Position numbers and translations under genes: made by a program
Assembly: GCA_048885925.1 (NCBI GenBank)
Contig: JBHLLG010000014.1
Span: 1-63,258, forward strand
Direction of reading: 5' to 3'
From: Candidatus Hermodarchaeota archaeon
GTDB taxonomy: Archaea; Asgardarchaeota; Lokiarchaeia; Sigyniarchaeales; SOKP01
DNA: 63,258 bases
Shown: piece by piece, positions 40,633-49,973 of the stretch
Position numbering within the stretch: the first letter of the stretch is position 1
Layout: every line of letters starts with the position of its first letter
The notes under the pieces: generated by a model
The model's input: the letters and a program-made list of their open reading frames with translations, nothing else
Database searches by the model: none
Told to the model about the DNA's origin: nothing

Positions 40633-41178
40633 ATGGTGAATAAGATAAAATCCTATGGAAAAATTGATGAAATCGATCGAAATGGTGAGATTTTCTTACC
40701 TATAGGGCATTATACCTTAATAAATTGTAAAAATAAACCTAACAATACTAATCCAAAAATATCAATTTATGGATTGGGCTCTTGTATTGCACTTATTCTT
40801 TTTGATTGTAAAAATAAAGTTAGTGGAATGTCTCATATTTTACTACCTAAAGCTCAAAAAAATAAAAAAATTGAATATCCTCATAAATATGCAGATTTAT
40901 CTGTAAAATTGCTCGTGCACGAATTAGTGAAACACGGTGCTATGAAAGAAAACATTAAGGGAATTATAATTGGAGGTTCAAAAATTTTTGATTTAGATGA
41001 AAATTTTATGGGCATTGATAATATCCAAGCGATTAAATTAGAATTAGCAAAATTAAATATAAATATTTTAAAAGAACACGTAGGAGGAAAAGAAGGAAGA
41101 GCAGTTATTTTTGATACAAAAAATTTTACTGTTCTTGTTAAATTAACTTCAGAAACGAGTTTTACGAGACTTCAATGA
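40633..41178 (+). CDS. cheD: Chemoreceptor glutamine deamidase CheD
   Basis: GLGSCIA, GMSHILLP, KYAD, GGSKIF, HVGGKEGR. Confidence 0.92.
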   Translation: MVNKIKSYGKIDEIDRNGEIFLPIGHYTLINCKNKPNNTNPKISIYGLGSCIALILFDCKNKVSGMSHILLPKAQKNKKIEYPHKYADLSVKLLVHELVKHGAMKENIKGIIIGGSKIFDLDENFMGIDNIQAIKLELAKLNINILKEHVGGKEGRAVIFDTKNFTVLVKLTSETSFTRLQ

Positions 41179-41210
41179 TCTTTAAATTATTTATTATGTA
41201 AATATTCGAG

Positions 41211-41885
41211 ATGAAATTAAAAATGGTTAAAAATAAACAAATAAAAGATTTAAAATTAACTCCAGAGCAAATTGATGTATTAAAGGAGTTTGGTAATATT
41301 GGGTCAGGGAATGCAATTACAGCTCTTTCAGATTTATTAAATGATACTGTTAATGTCTCTTTAACAGCATTAAATTTATGTGCTTTTTGGAAAATTCCTG
41401 ACTTATTTGAAGATCCTAATATTGAAGTATTTGGAATATACACTGAAATTTTAGACAATCCTGATCTATCGATAATTCAGTTTTTTACCAAGGAATCTAT
41501 TATAAATTTAATTAATATTTTGAATGAATTTAATAATAGTAATTCGTCTGAAATTAAAAATATTAGAGATCTAAATGAGTTCTCTTATAGTATAATTTCA
41601 GAAATTGGGAATTTATTGGCGGGACATTATGCCAGTGCATTGGCTGACTTATTATCAATTAAATTAGTTCCAAGTGTACCAAAAGTAGCACTAGATAATT
41701 TAACTGCTATGTTAAATGGTGTAATCGCTAAATACTCTCAATTTGCAGATTACTCAATAATCATCGACACAAAATTACAGGGAAAGGCTATCAATTTGAA
41801 TGGAATTATATGTCTTTTACCGAGTATAAACATTTTAAACAAATTATTTAAGATTGTGAATTTGAAGTTTAATTTAAATTTATGA
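41211..41885 (+). CDS. cheC: CheY-P phosphatase CheC
   Basis: DVLKEFGNIGSGNAITALS and SEIGNLLAG (two E-x-x-N motifs). Confidence 0.9.
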   Translation: MKLKMVKNKQIKDLKLTPEQIDVLKEFGNIGSGNAITALSDLLNDTVNVSLTALNLCAFWKIPDLFEDPNIEVFGIYTEILDNPDLSIIQFFTKESIINLINILNEFNNSNSSEIKNIRDLNEFSYSIISEIGNLLAGHYASALADLLSIKLVPSVPKVALDNLTAMLNGVIAKYSQFADYSIIIDTKLQGKAINLNGIICLLPSINILNKLFKIVNLKFNLNL

Positions 41886-41926
41886 ATTAAATAATACCGA
41901 ATGAAAAGAATTAAAAAACCAAAATA

Positions 41927-42868
41927 ATGTCAAAAGTAGCACTATTAGAGGATTTACTCAGTAACTTCCTAAATGAAGTTCAAGTCCTTTCTGCAGCTCT
42001 AGTTGTAGACTTGCAAGGTTTCATTATTGCTAAAAAGTCAATAAGGGGGTTTGATGACGAATTAATTGGTGCTATTATGACAATCATAGAACAAACTTTA
42101 AATAAAATTAAAAGATATACAGAAACTTCATTTGGAAGTGGTACCTTTGATACAAATGAATTTCAACTATTTTATGTTGAATTAAAAAGAGTAGTCCCGG
42201 CAATTTTTGTTTTAGTTGCAGATCCCTATTCTTCAATGAATCTTTTCATTCCTTATGCCTATATAGTGGCAGAAAAAATATCTTTAATTTTAAATAATAA
42301 AAACCCATGTATTAATTTACCTAGATTAAGCTCTAATGGAGAATTAATATTCGGATCCAAAAATAATCATATAAATGAGATTGTAATAGTAGGTCCTGAA
42401 GCAGTAGGTAAAAGTACATTAGTTGAAATGTATTGTAGTGGACATTTTGAGGAAAACCACAAACCAACAATAGGAATTTCAATCATTAAGAAAGAACTTC
42501 AAATCTCAAAAGATATTACTTTAACTTTTAATCTCCTTGATTTGGGAGGGATAAAAAGTTTTGCCAAAATAAGAAAATTCTACTATAAATATTCAAAGGT
42601 GGTTTTGATAATTTTTGATTATTCTAGGATAGAAAGTTTCAACGAAATTTCTGATTGGATTGAAGAATCAAGAAATTTCATTAAAAATGAATCAATCCCT
42701 ACTATTATAATTGGAAATAAAATAGATTTATTAGACAATCGTAATGAAATCAGATCTAAAGCTCAAAGTCTAGCCCACCAATATAATTTTTCTTTTTTTG
42801 AAACATCTGCTTTAACTGGAGAAGGGATTGATGAATTATTTACTCATCTGATTTCAATTCTATTTTAG
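41927..42868 (+). CDS. Roadblock/LC7 domain fused to a Rab/Ras-like small GTPase
   Basis: N-terminal SAALVVDLQGFIIA roadblock; G1 GPEAVGKST, G2 PTIG, G3 DLGG, G4 GNKID, G5 ETSA. Confidence 0.9.
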   Translation: MSKVALLEDLLSNFLNEVQVLSAALVVDLQGFIIAKKSIRGFDDELIGAIMTIIEQTLNKIKRYTETSFGSGTFDTNEFQLFYVELKRVVPAIFVLVADPYSSMNLFIPYAYIVAEKISLILNNKNPCINLPRLSSNGELIFGSKNNHINEIVIVGPEAVGKSTLVEMYCSGHFEENHKPTIGISIIKKELQISKDITLTFNLLDLGGIKSFAKIRKFYYKYSKVVLIIFDYSRIESFNEISDWIEESRNFIKNESIPTIIIGNKIDLLDNRNEIRSKAQSLAHQYNFSFFETSALTGEGIDELFTHLISILF

Positions 42869-42942
42869 CTTTAAGAAAGATATAAATTATATAACACTAC
42901 TAATTATTAGAAACATTTTACAAATTAAAAAGAGAGATTTTA

Positions 42943-44316
42943 TTGACTATTGATGTTATTGTAGCAGACGATAGTGCTTATTTAAGAAAAAGTATTGCTA
43001 ACATTCTCAATGAACATGATTCAATAAATATTGTCGACTTTGCAAAGGATGGAAAACAAGCAGTTGAATATGTTAAAAGATATACCCCTGATGTTTTAGT
43101 TTTAGATCTCTTAATGCCTAAAATGAACGGGTTAGATGCTTTTAAACTAATTATGGAAGAACATCCAACTCCTACAGTAATTCTATCAGCCATTAGCCCC
43201 AAAAATTTAGACTCATCTATACAAGCTTTATTAATGGGAGCTTTTGATTATATAATAAAGCCTGGTGGTATTGGTGCTAAAGATTTACCTAGGTTTAGTG
43301 AAGAATTACTCGCTAAAGTGTTATTAGCTTCACAATCTCAGATTAAAAGAATTTTCAAGAAAGAAGAAACATTATTAAGTAAACGTAAATCTCTTCGACA
43401 AGAAATGGTTGATCGAATTTTTGATTTTGGACAATACATCAATCAATTAAAGCCTATTGATGAACTTGAAGAAGAACCGAAGATTGATACCTTTGAAATA
43501 ATGAAAGTAAAAGCAATTCTTACAGATAAAATAAAGCCAACTGATACAGATGAATCATCTATTAAGTTAGAGAATCAATTAATTGAGCCCAAAGTTGAAA
43601 ATAATTTAGAAAGACCCATAAAATCAATTGATCCATCAAATATACTAAAAACTAAGAAGCAAAAAATACCCACCATAATACCCTATGAAAAGAAAGAAAT
43701 TGAACCTCTTCCCGATCTTTCTCCCATTATGGGAATTGAATTAACCTCTAAAGTTGTTGTTATAGGGGCTAGTGTAGGAGGACCTAGAACGATTACTACG
43801 ATTTTAAAAGAAATTCCGAGAGATTTCAGTGCCCCCATATTAATCGTTCAGCACTTATCATCTCATTTTACAGAAGCTTTTGTAGACAATTTAAATTTAG
43901 AATGCAACTTAAAGATAAGAATAGCTAAAGATGGAGAGTACCTTCAAAATGGTGTTGTGTATATAGCCCCTGGAGATATGCATATGGAAATTTCTATAGA
44001 AAATAAAAAACCATCAATCAAAATATATAAAGGAACACCAGTCAATTTTTGTATGCCTTCTATAGATTTATTATTTTTTTCAGCAGCAAAAGTCTTTAGA
44101 AACCGCACAATGGGAATTTTATTAACTGGTATGGGTTCTGATGGTGTTCAAGGTTTGGGAGCAGTTCAGAAGGTTGGCGGTAAAACTATTGCTGAGGCAG
44201 AAAGTACTTGTATCCTCTATGCGATGCCAAAATTTGCAGCAGAAAAAGGATTTGCAAACTATATCTTAGAAAATTATAAAATTTCTGAACTTATCACTAG
44301 TTTTATTAATAAATAA
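42943..44316 (+). CDS. cheB: Chemotaxis methylesterase CheB, copy 2, with long interdomain linker
   Basis: VADDS, LDLLMP, ~130-aa linker, GASVGGP, VQH, PSID, LTGMGSDG, YAMP. Confidence 0.9.
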   Translation: MTIDVIVADDSAYLRKSIANILNEHDSINIVDFAKDGKQAVEYVKRYTPDVLVLDLLMPKMNGLDAFKLIMEEHPTPTVILSAISPKNLDSSIQALLMGAFDYIIKPGGIGAKDLPRFSEELLAKVLLASQSQIKRIFKKEETLLSKRKSLRQEMVDRIFDFGQYINQLKPIDELEEEPKIDTFEIMKVKAILTDKIKPTDTDESSIKLENQLIEPKVENNLERPIKSIDPSNILKTKKQKIPTIIPYEKKEIEPLPDLSPIMGIELTSKVVVIGASVGGPRTITTILKEIPRDFSAPILIVQHLSSHFTEAFVDNLNLECNLKIRIAKDGEYLQNGVVYIAPGDMHMEISIENKKPSIKIYKGTPVNFCMPSIDLLFFSAAKVFRNRTMGILLTGMGSDGVQGLGAVQKVGGKTIAEAESTCILYAMPKFAAEKGFANYILENYKISELITSFINK

Positions 44317-44364
44317 AATTTATTCAACATCTAATTCCAAAATAGAATGAAGTAATTCTTTTTA

Positions 44365-46557
44365 TTACCACGAGATTCCTTTAGCAAAACGTAATTTTTC
44401 AATTAATTGCTTTGCTTCATGTGAAGGCACTTCCATAAAAGCGAAGAATTCATTCTGCCAAAATGCTTTTCCAGAAGTTGCAGATCTAATATCTTCAGCA
44501 AAAAGTACGGAATTCCTAACAGGTAATAATAATTCTATGATGGCTTGATATTCTTTTTCTTGATCTATGCTTTTGATTTTAGCAGAGTATTTTGAAGGTA
44601 AGCTAGTTGCTACTTTAATAAACTCTGGTGGAAGTTGGATTATGGTATGATAGATAGGTTGCATTAAAATTAATTCTGCATCGTTTAACCCTTTTTTAAT
44701 CGCATCATAAAACATAGCTGATAATTCTGAAAAGGCATTTTCTTCATTAATATTCTCAATTTTCAACTCTGAAATGACAATTTTAATCTCTGTTAATTTT
44801 TCTCCGCACAAAGGACCACTTAAATGAATTTTTTCAATGATCTCTAATATAAGATTCTTGTAAAACTCATTAAGTTTTAATTCCCCTTGATAGATAAGGA
44901 TATTTTGATCTTCATCACAAATCCAAAAATTTTCAATTTCATTATCAGCCAACTTGGTTTTATCTTTTAGAACTTCTTTTAATTTGGTAAAAGGCTTTAT
45001 TGTTGTATAATCGATATTTTGAAAAAATCTAACGGTTTCATCATCCAATCTTTCTAATTTTAACTTTAAGAAACACTGATTATTAGGTGATATGGCAGAA
45101 ATAACAGAAGAATTATATTTACAGGATTCTTTAAAAACTGCTCGTGGTTCTGATATGGAAACTACTACTCCTCTTTTCTTTATTTCATTAGCTGATACCT
45201 CTAGGTGAAGAAATCCAGTACCACTCAATAAAAATTCACCATTTTCTTCGTTAATTTCAAATTTTAAATTTGGATCTTCAATTAACAAATTCTCAATTAG
45301 TAATTTCATCTTATCTAAATCTCTTAGATATTCTGGCTCAATGGATACAGTTATCACAGGAGTAGTAACATATTTTGCACTTTCGAATGGTACCATACCG
45401 TTAATATTATTGCTGTCAATTATAGTTTCACCGCTTTTTATCTTCTTAATCCCTTCAATCGCTACAATATTACCGACAGGTACTCTTTCAACTTGCTCTC
45501 TTCGTTGTCCCATAAAAATGGCAATTCTTTGAATTTTCTCATAAGAATTTTCATTTAGGAGAAAAATTTCCTTTTTATTTGTACAATTGCCCGAAAATAT
45601 CCTCCCTGTTGAGATTAAACCATGCTTTTCTACTTGTACTTTACTTAAACATACTATTAAAGGACCATTAGGATCGCAATTAACCATAGCTTTTCCCAGT
45701 TCAGTATTGATGTCTCCATCCCATATTTTTTCAATTCGATATTTTTGTGCGTCTATTGGATTTGGTAAATGATCAACAACCATTTCTAATATAGCTTTAT
45801 GAATTGGAAAATGAATAGCTAAATCAGAATAAGTTTTTTTCGTATACGTGTCTTTATTATATCTTTCTTTAATATCTTTGAACTTTATTTCACTTTTCTC
45901 TAAAATCTTTAAAGTAAAACCCCACTTATGAAGCGCTGAACCAAACGCCACATTTCCTGCTAATGGTGATACTTTCCATCTTTTATTGAATGGATGTTCT
46001 GCATATCTTTCTATTAGAGTGTTGAAGGACTTAATTATTCGTACGTATTTTTTTCTAATCTCCTCATCAGAAAGCTTTAATTCTCTAATCAATCGATCTA
46101 CCTTATTAATAAATAATACTGGTCTAACTCCTTCCTGCAAAGCCTGTTTTATTACTGTCTCAGATTGAGTGATTACTTCTTCAACTGCATCTACTACCAC
46201 AACAACGCCATCAACTAATCTCAATGCTCGAGTAACTTTTCCACTAAAATCTAAATGGCCAGGCGTATCAACTAAATTAATAAGAAAGGGTTCATAACCT
46301 TCAAGAGATTTCTCATAATATAAAGATATATTTGCTGATTTCATCGTAATGCCTCGTCTTTGCTCTTCTTCAAGAAAATCTAAAGCACGTGCTTCACCAG
46401 CTAAATCAGGTGATAAAAATCCTGCTTCGCTTAGTAGAGAATCTGAAAGTGTTGTTTTTCCATGATCGATGTGTCCTACTAAAGCTGCGCACCTAATTCT
46501 AGCAGTGTTTTCCATTAATTTTAGTATTTCTGAGATCTCTTTTCTTCTTGGGGGCAT
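44365..46557 (-). CDS. Archaeal elongation factor 2 paralog lacking the diphthamide motif
   Basis: GHIDHGKTT, RGITM, DTPGH, NKVD and EF-2 domains II-V. The domain IV loop reads ELKIENINEENAFSE instead of H-E-D-x-x-H-R-G. Confidence 0.88.
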   Translation of the reverse strand: MPPRRKEISEILKLMENTARIRCAALVGHIDHGKTTLSDSLLSEAGFLSPDLAGEARALDFLEEEQRRGITMKSANISLYYEKSLEGYEPFLINLVDTPGHLDFSGKVTRALRLVDGVVVVVDAVEEVITQSETVIKQALQEGVRPVLFINKVDRLIRELKLSDEEIRKKYVRIIKSFNTLIERYAEHPFNKRWKVSPLAGNVAFGSALHKWGFTLKILEKSEIKFKDIKERYNKDTYTKKTYSDLAIHFPIHKAILEMVVDHLPNPIDAQKYRIEKIWDGDINTELGKAMVNCDPNGPLIVCLSKVQVEKHGLISTGRIFSGNCTNKKEIFLLNENSYEKIQRIAIFMGQRREQVERVPVGNIVAIEGIKKIKSGETIIDSNNINGMVPFESAKYVTTPVITVSIEPEYLRDLDKMKLLIENLLIEDPNLKFEINEENGEFLLSGTGFLHLEVSANEIKKRGVVVSISEPRAVFKESCKYNSSVISAISPNNQCFLKLKLERLDDETVRFFQNIDYTTIKPFTKLKEVLKDKTKLADNEIENFWICDEDQNILIYQGELKLNEFYKNLILEIIEKIHLSGPLCGEKLTEIKIVISELKIENINEENAFSELSAMFYDAIKKGLNDAELILMQPIYHTIIQLPPEFIKVATSLPSKYSAKIKSIDQEKEYQAIIELLLPVRNSVLFAEDIRSATSGKAFWQNEFFAFMEVPSHEAKQLIEKLRFAKGISW

Positions 46558-46644
46558 ACTTCATTATAAACAGTTTATGAATCTTTATTTAGGATTATAA
46601 TTACTTTGATTAAAATGTTAGGATTTCTATTGAAAGAAAATTAG

Positions 46645-46744
46645 AGGGAAATGATTTTTCTCGCTACTCAAGATCTTCTTCATTTAATTGATTATAATAT
46701 CAATCTCAGTTGGGTCAGATAGCTCAATAAAAAATCATTTCCCT
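46645..46744. repeat. 100-bp element bounded by a perfect 15-bp inverted repeat (candidate structured RNA)
   Basis: AGGGAAATGATTTTT (46645-46659) and AAAAATCATTTCCCT (46730-46744); inner hairpin ATTGAT/ATCAAT. Confidence 0.7.
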
Positions 46745-46764
46745 ATTTTATAGATAAGAGGAAT

Positions 46765-47400
46765 TTATAAATTAACTTCACCATTAATATGAACTATTCT
46801 TCCCTCAATATGTAATCTTCCATCGCATAATAGCTCAATTGCTTTTGGAAATATCCTATGCTCCCATTCTAATATTCTTGGGCCTAACGTTTCTTCTGTA
46901 TCAGTATCATATACAGGAACGCATTTCTGTATAATTATTGGTCCATGATCAGTTTCAGTATCAACAAAATGAACTGTTGCTCCTGAAACCTTGACTCCAT
47001 ACTCAAGAGCGTCTCTGTGTGCATGCATACCTCTAAAGGAAGGTAAAAGCGCTGGATGAATATTCATCACATTTCCATTAAAAGCTTTAATAAAAGTAGG
47101 GCTAACCAATCTCATATAGCCTACTAATACAATTAGTTCACATTCAAACTTTTTCAAAACATCAATCATTTTTAGATCAAATTCTTCTCTAGGGAGATGG
47201 AGGAATTTATCTGATTCAATCAATACATAGGGGATATTATGGTTTTTAGCACGTTCAATGCAAAATACCCCGGGCCTATTGCAAATTAAAACTTCTACGG
47301 TTGCTTTATCTTTTAAAATCCCATTTTCACAAGCTTTAACTACTGCTTCAAAATTTGAGCCGGAACCAGAGGCAATAGCACCAATTTTTAACTTATTCAT
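46765..47400 (-). CDS. purN: Phosphoribosylglycinamide formyltransferase
   Basis: ASGSGSN, GYMR, NIHPALLPSF, GATVHFV, DHGPII. Start set at ATG 47400. Confidence 0.95.
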   Translation of the reverse strand: MNKLKIGAIASGSGSNFEAVVKACENGILKDKATVEVLICNRPGVFCIERAKNHNIPYVLIESDKFLHLPREEFDLKMIDVLKKFECELIVLVGYMRLVSPTFIKAFNGNVMNIHPALLPSFRGMHAHRDALEYGVKVSGATVHFVDTETDHGPIIIQKCVPVYDTDTEETLGPRILEWEHRIFPKAIELLCDGRLHIEGRIVHINGEVNL

Positions 47401-47828
47401 ATTATTAAAATATTTTACTCCCAAAAAAATGTAACTTATTAAGGAAAGATTAACAAATTAAAACGAGTCAGAAAAATGAGTTTAAAATATTTTTTAGTTT
47501 TTCTATAATGAAAATGTTTTTATTTGATTAATTTATATTGATCTTAGAAATTTAGTAATATTTCATTCTAAAAATTATTCTCTTTTGAACGCATTTATAT
47601 TGAAAGAGAATATTGTTCTATTTATTAATAATAATCACCTACAAATTGCCAAAACATAGCTATATATAAATGAAATTTTAAGTATTAATTAAAAATATAT
47701 CAAGACTTAGTAGTATTAAATTGAATAGAAATTTAAGAATTTAAGAAATTTGAGTCTAAATTTCACGAATTGAATATGATATTAAGAATTAGTAAAGATA
47801 ATTTAAATAACACTAATAATGAAGATTT

Positions 47829-49739
47829 ATGAGTTTTGAAGGAGAATTACATAGAATTAAGGACGAAATTATACAAAATCTTCCTCCTGAAATTACTGTT
47901 CATAAAATTGAATTTGAAGGTCCGGAAATAGCAGTATATTCTGAAAATGCTGACGTTGAAGCGACTGAAAGCTCTACAGTTTTAAAAGATTTAGCAAAAA
48001 CAATGCGTAAGCGCGTTGTTTTTAGATGGAATGTCGATAAACGTAAAGATCCAGCCGAAACTGAGGCATATATTAGAAATTTAGTTGATGAGGATGCTGA
48101 GATTACAAATATTGAATTTGATCATACAAGAGGCGAAGTAATAATAGAATCGGGGAAACCGGGGCTAGTAATAGGTAAAAAAGGAATTAATTTAAAAGAA
48201 ATAAGAGCAAATACGTATTGGCAACCTAAAACTATAAGAACACCTCCGCTAGATTCAAAAACGATTCAATTAATTAGAGGGATGCTTAAAAAAGAACGAC
48301 AAACGCAGAAGGACATCCTCCTTTCAATAGGTAAAAGAATTCATCGACCTACACTCTTTAAAGATTTAAATATTAGATTGCACGCATTAGGTGGTTTCAG
48401 AGAAGTTGGAAGATCTTGTATTCTTACACAAACTCGTGATAGTAATGTTCTATTGGATTGTGGATTAAATGTAGGAAACCCAGTTGATAAATTTCCCTAT
48501 TTTGACATTCCTGAATTTACAATTAGAGATCTTGATGCTGTAATCATTTCACATGCTCATTTAGATCATTGCGGACTTGTACCATTTCTGTTTAAATATG
48601 GTTATCGTGGTCCTGTATATTGCACATTACCTACTCGTAATCTTTCTACAATGCTCCAATTAGATTTCATTCAAATTTGTGAAAAAGAAGGTACTCCATC
48701 ACCATATTCAAAGAGGGATGTTAAATCCACTGTGCTTCATACAATTCCACTTTCTTGGGGAAAAGTGACAGATATTGCTCCTGATATTAAATTAACTCTA
48801 CATAATTCCGGGCATATTTTAGGTTCTTCAATGATACATTTACATTTTGGTAAAGGAGATTATAATTTTGTTTATACAGGGGACTTCAAGTATCAAAAAA
48901 CACGTCTGTTAGAAAAAGCAACAGTAAAATTCCCTAGAGTTGAATCGCTATTAATTGAATCTACTTATGGTGGTCCCCAAGATCGCATTCCAAGTAGACA
49001 AGAATCTGAAAAAGAATTAAAACAAATTCTCAATTCAACATTAAAAAGAGATGGGAAAGTTTTAATTCCAGTATTGGCTGTCGGGAGAGCTCAAGAATTA
49101 TTAATATTATTAGAAGAATATATTTCAAAAGGATTTATTGATAAAGTACCTATTTATATTGATGGTTTAATTAGTGAAGCTACTGCTATCCACACAGCGA
49201 ATCCTGATTATCTTAGTAGTGATTTGCGTGAAAAAATTCTCCATCAAGGAAAAAATCCTTTTTTAAGTGATTATTTTGAAACTGTATCTGTAAATGAAGA
49301 ACGTTTAGATATTGTTAAAGGAGGACCTTGTATTATAATCGCTACGAGTGGAATGCTTATTGGGGGTCCCTCTGTTCAATATTTAAAAGAACTAGCGAAT
49401 GATTCTAAAAATTCACTTATATTTGTTTCTTATCAAGTTCAAAATACATTAGGCTCACGTATTCAGCGTGGATTTAGAGAATTCACTTATGTGGATGCAA
49501 AAGGGAGGACACAGTTAGTCAGAATCAACATGAAAGTATTCACTCTTGAAGGATTTTCAGGTCATTCATCACGCAGTCAAATATCGCAATTTTTAAGAAG
49601 AATTCAGCCACGACCGAAAACAATCATCGTAAATCATGGAGAAGAAGCGAAATGTATAAGTCTATCGACAATGATACATAAAAAGCTGAGAAAGAATACT
49701 AAAAGCCCGAAAAATTTGGAAACAATACTCCTAAAATAA
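47829..49739 (+). CDS. aCPSF1/FttA beta-CASP ribonuclease with KH domains (archaeal transcription termination factor)
   Basis: FEGPEI, KPGLVIGK (KH), GGFREVGRSC, SHAHLDH, GHILGS, ESTYG, GFSGHS, HGE. Confidence 0.95.
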   Translation: MSFEGELHRIKDEIIQNLPPEITVHKIEFEGPEIAVYSENADVEATESSTVLKDLAKTMRKRVVFRWNVDKRKDPAETEAYIRNLVDEDAEITNIEFDHTRGEVIIESGKPGLVIGKKGINLKEIRANTYWQPKTIRTPPLDSKTIQLIRGMLKKERQTQKDILLSIGKRIHRPTLFKDLNIRLHALGGFREVGRSCILTQTRDSNVLLDCGLNVGNPVDKFPYFDIPEFTIRDLDAVIISHAHLDHCGLVPFLFKYGYRGPVYCTLPTRNLSTMLQLDFIQICEKEGTPSPYSKRDVKSTVLHTIPLSWGKVTDIAPDIKLTLHNSGHILGSSMIHLHFGKGDYNFVYTGDFKYQKTRLLEKATVKFPRVESLLIESTYGGPQDRIPSRQESEKELKQILNSTLKRDGKVLIPVLAVGRAQELLILLEEYISKGFIDKVPIYIDGLISEATAIHTANPDYLSSDLREKILHQGKNPFLSDYFETVSVNEERLDIVKGGPCIIIATSGMLIGGPSVQYLKELANDSKNSLIFVSYQVQNTLGSRIQRGFREFTYVDAKGRTQLVRINMKVFTLEGFSGHSSRSQISQFLRRIQPRPKTIIVNHGEEAKCISLSTMIHKKLRKNTKSPKNLETILLK

Positions 49740-49973
49740 CATTCTATTTGCCAAATCGATGAATTGGCTAAATAAAATACTTAGTTTCGGGTCACCGTTT
49801 ATTAGATTCTCACAAATATCATCTGTGCCATCATCTTAAAGAAAATTCAACTCATTCAAATTAATCCAATTTTGTTAAAATGGGATCTTCTCTTTTTCTG
49901 TTTTTTTGAAGGAAAAATTAATTTTTTTAAATATTATTAATTAATCTTTTTAAATAGAATTTAGTGTTGGATT

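Noticed and set aside
27089-44316. Che cluster as an island integrated at tRNA-Gly
   Set aside because: No integrase, no duplicated tRNA 3' end and no obvious composition shift were seen, and the cluster contains lineage-typical genes.
44365-46557. Calling this gene the canonical EF-2 (fusA)
   Set aside because: The diphthamide loop is missing and the gene is not in a ribosomal-protein context.
49745-49774. Small hairpin (TATTT-GCCAA...TTGGC-T-AAATA) just after aCPSF1, plus nearby ATGATG boxes on the minus strand
   Set aside because: The stem is short and there is no proper CTGA D box, so it cannot be called a terminator, C/D sRNA or SECIS.
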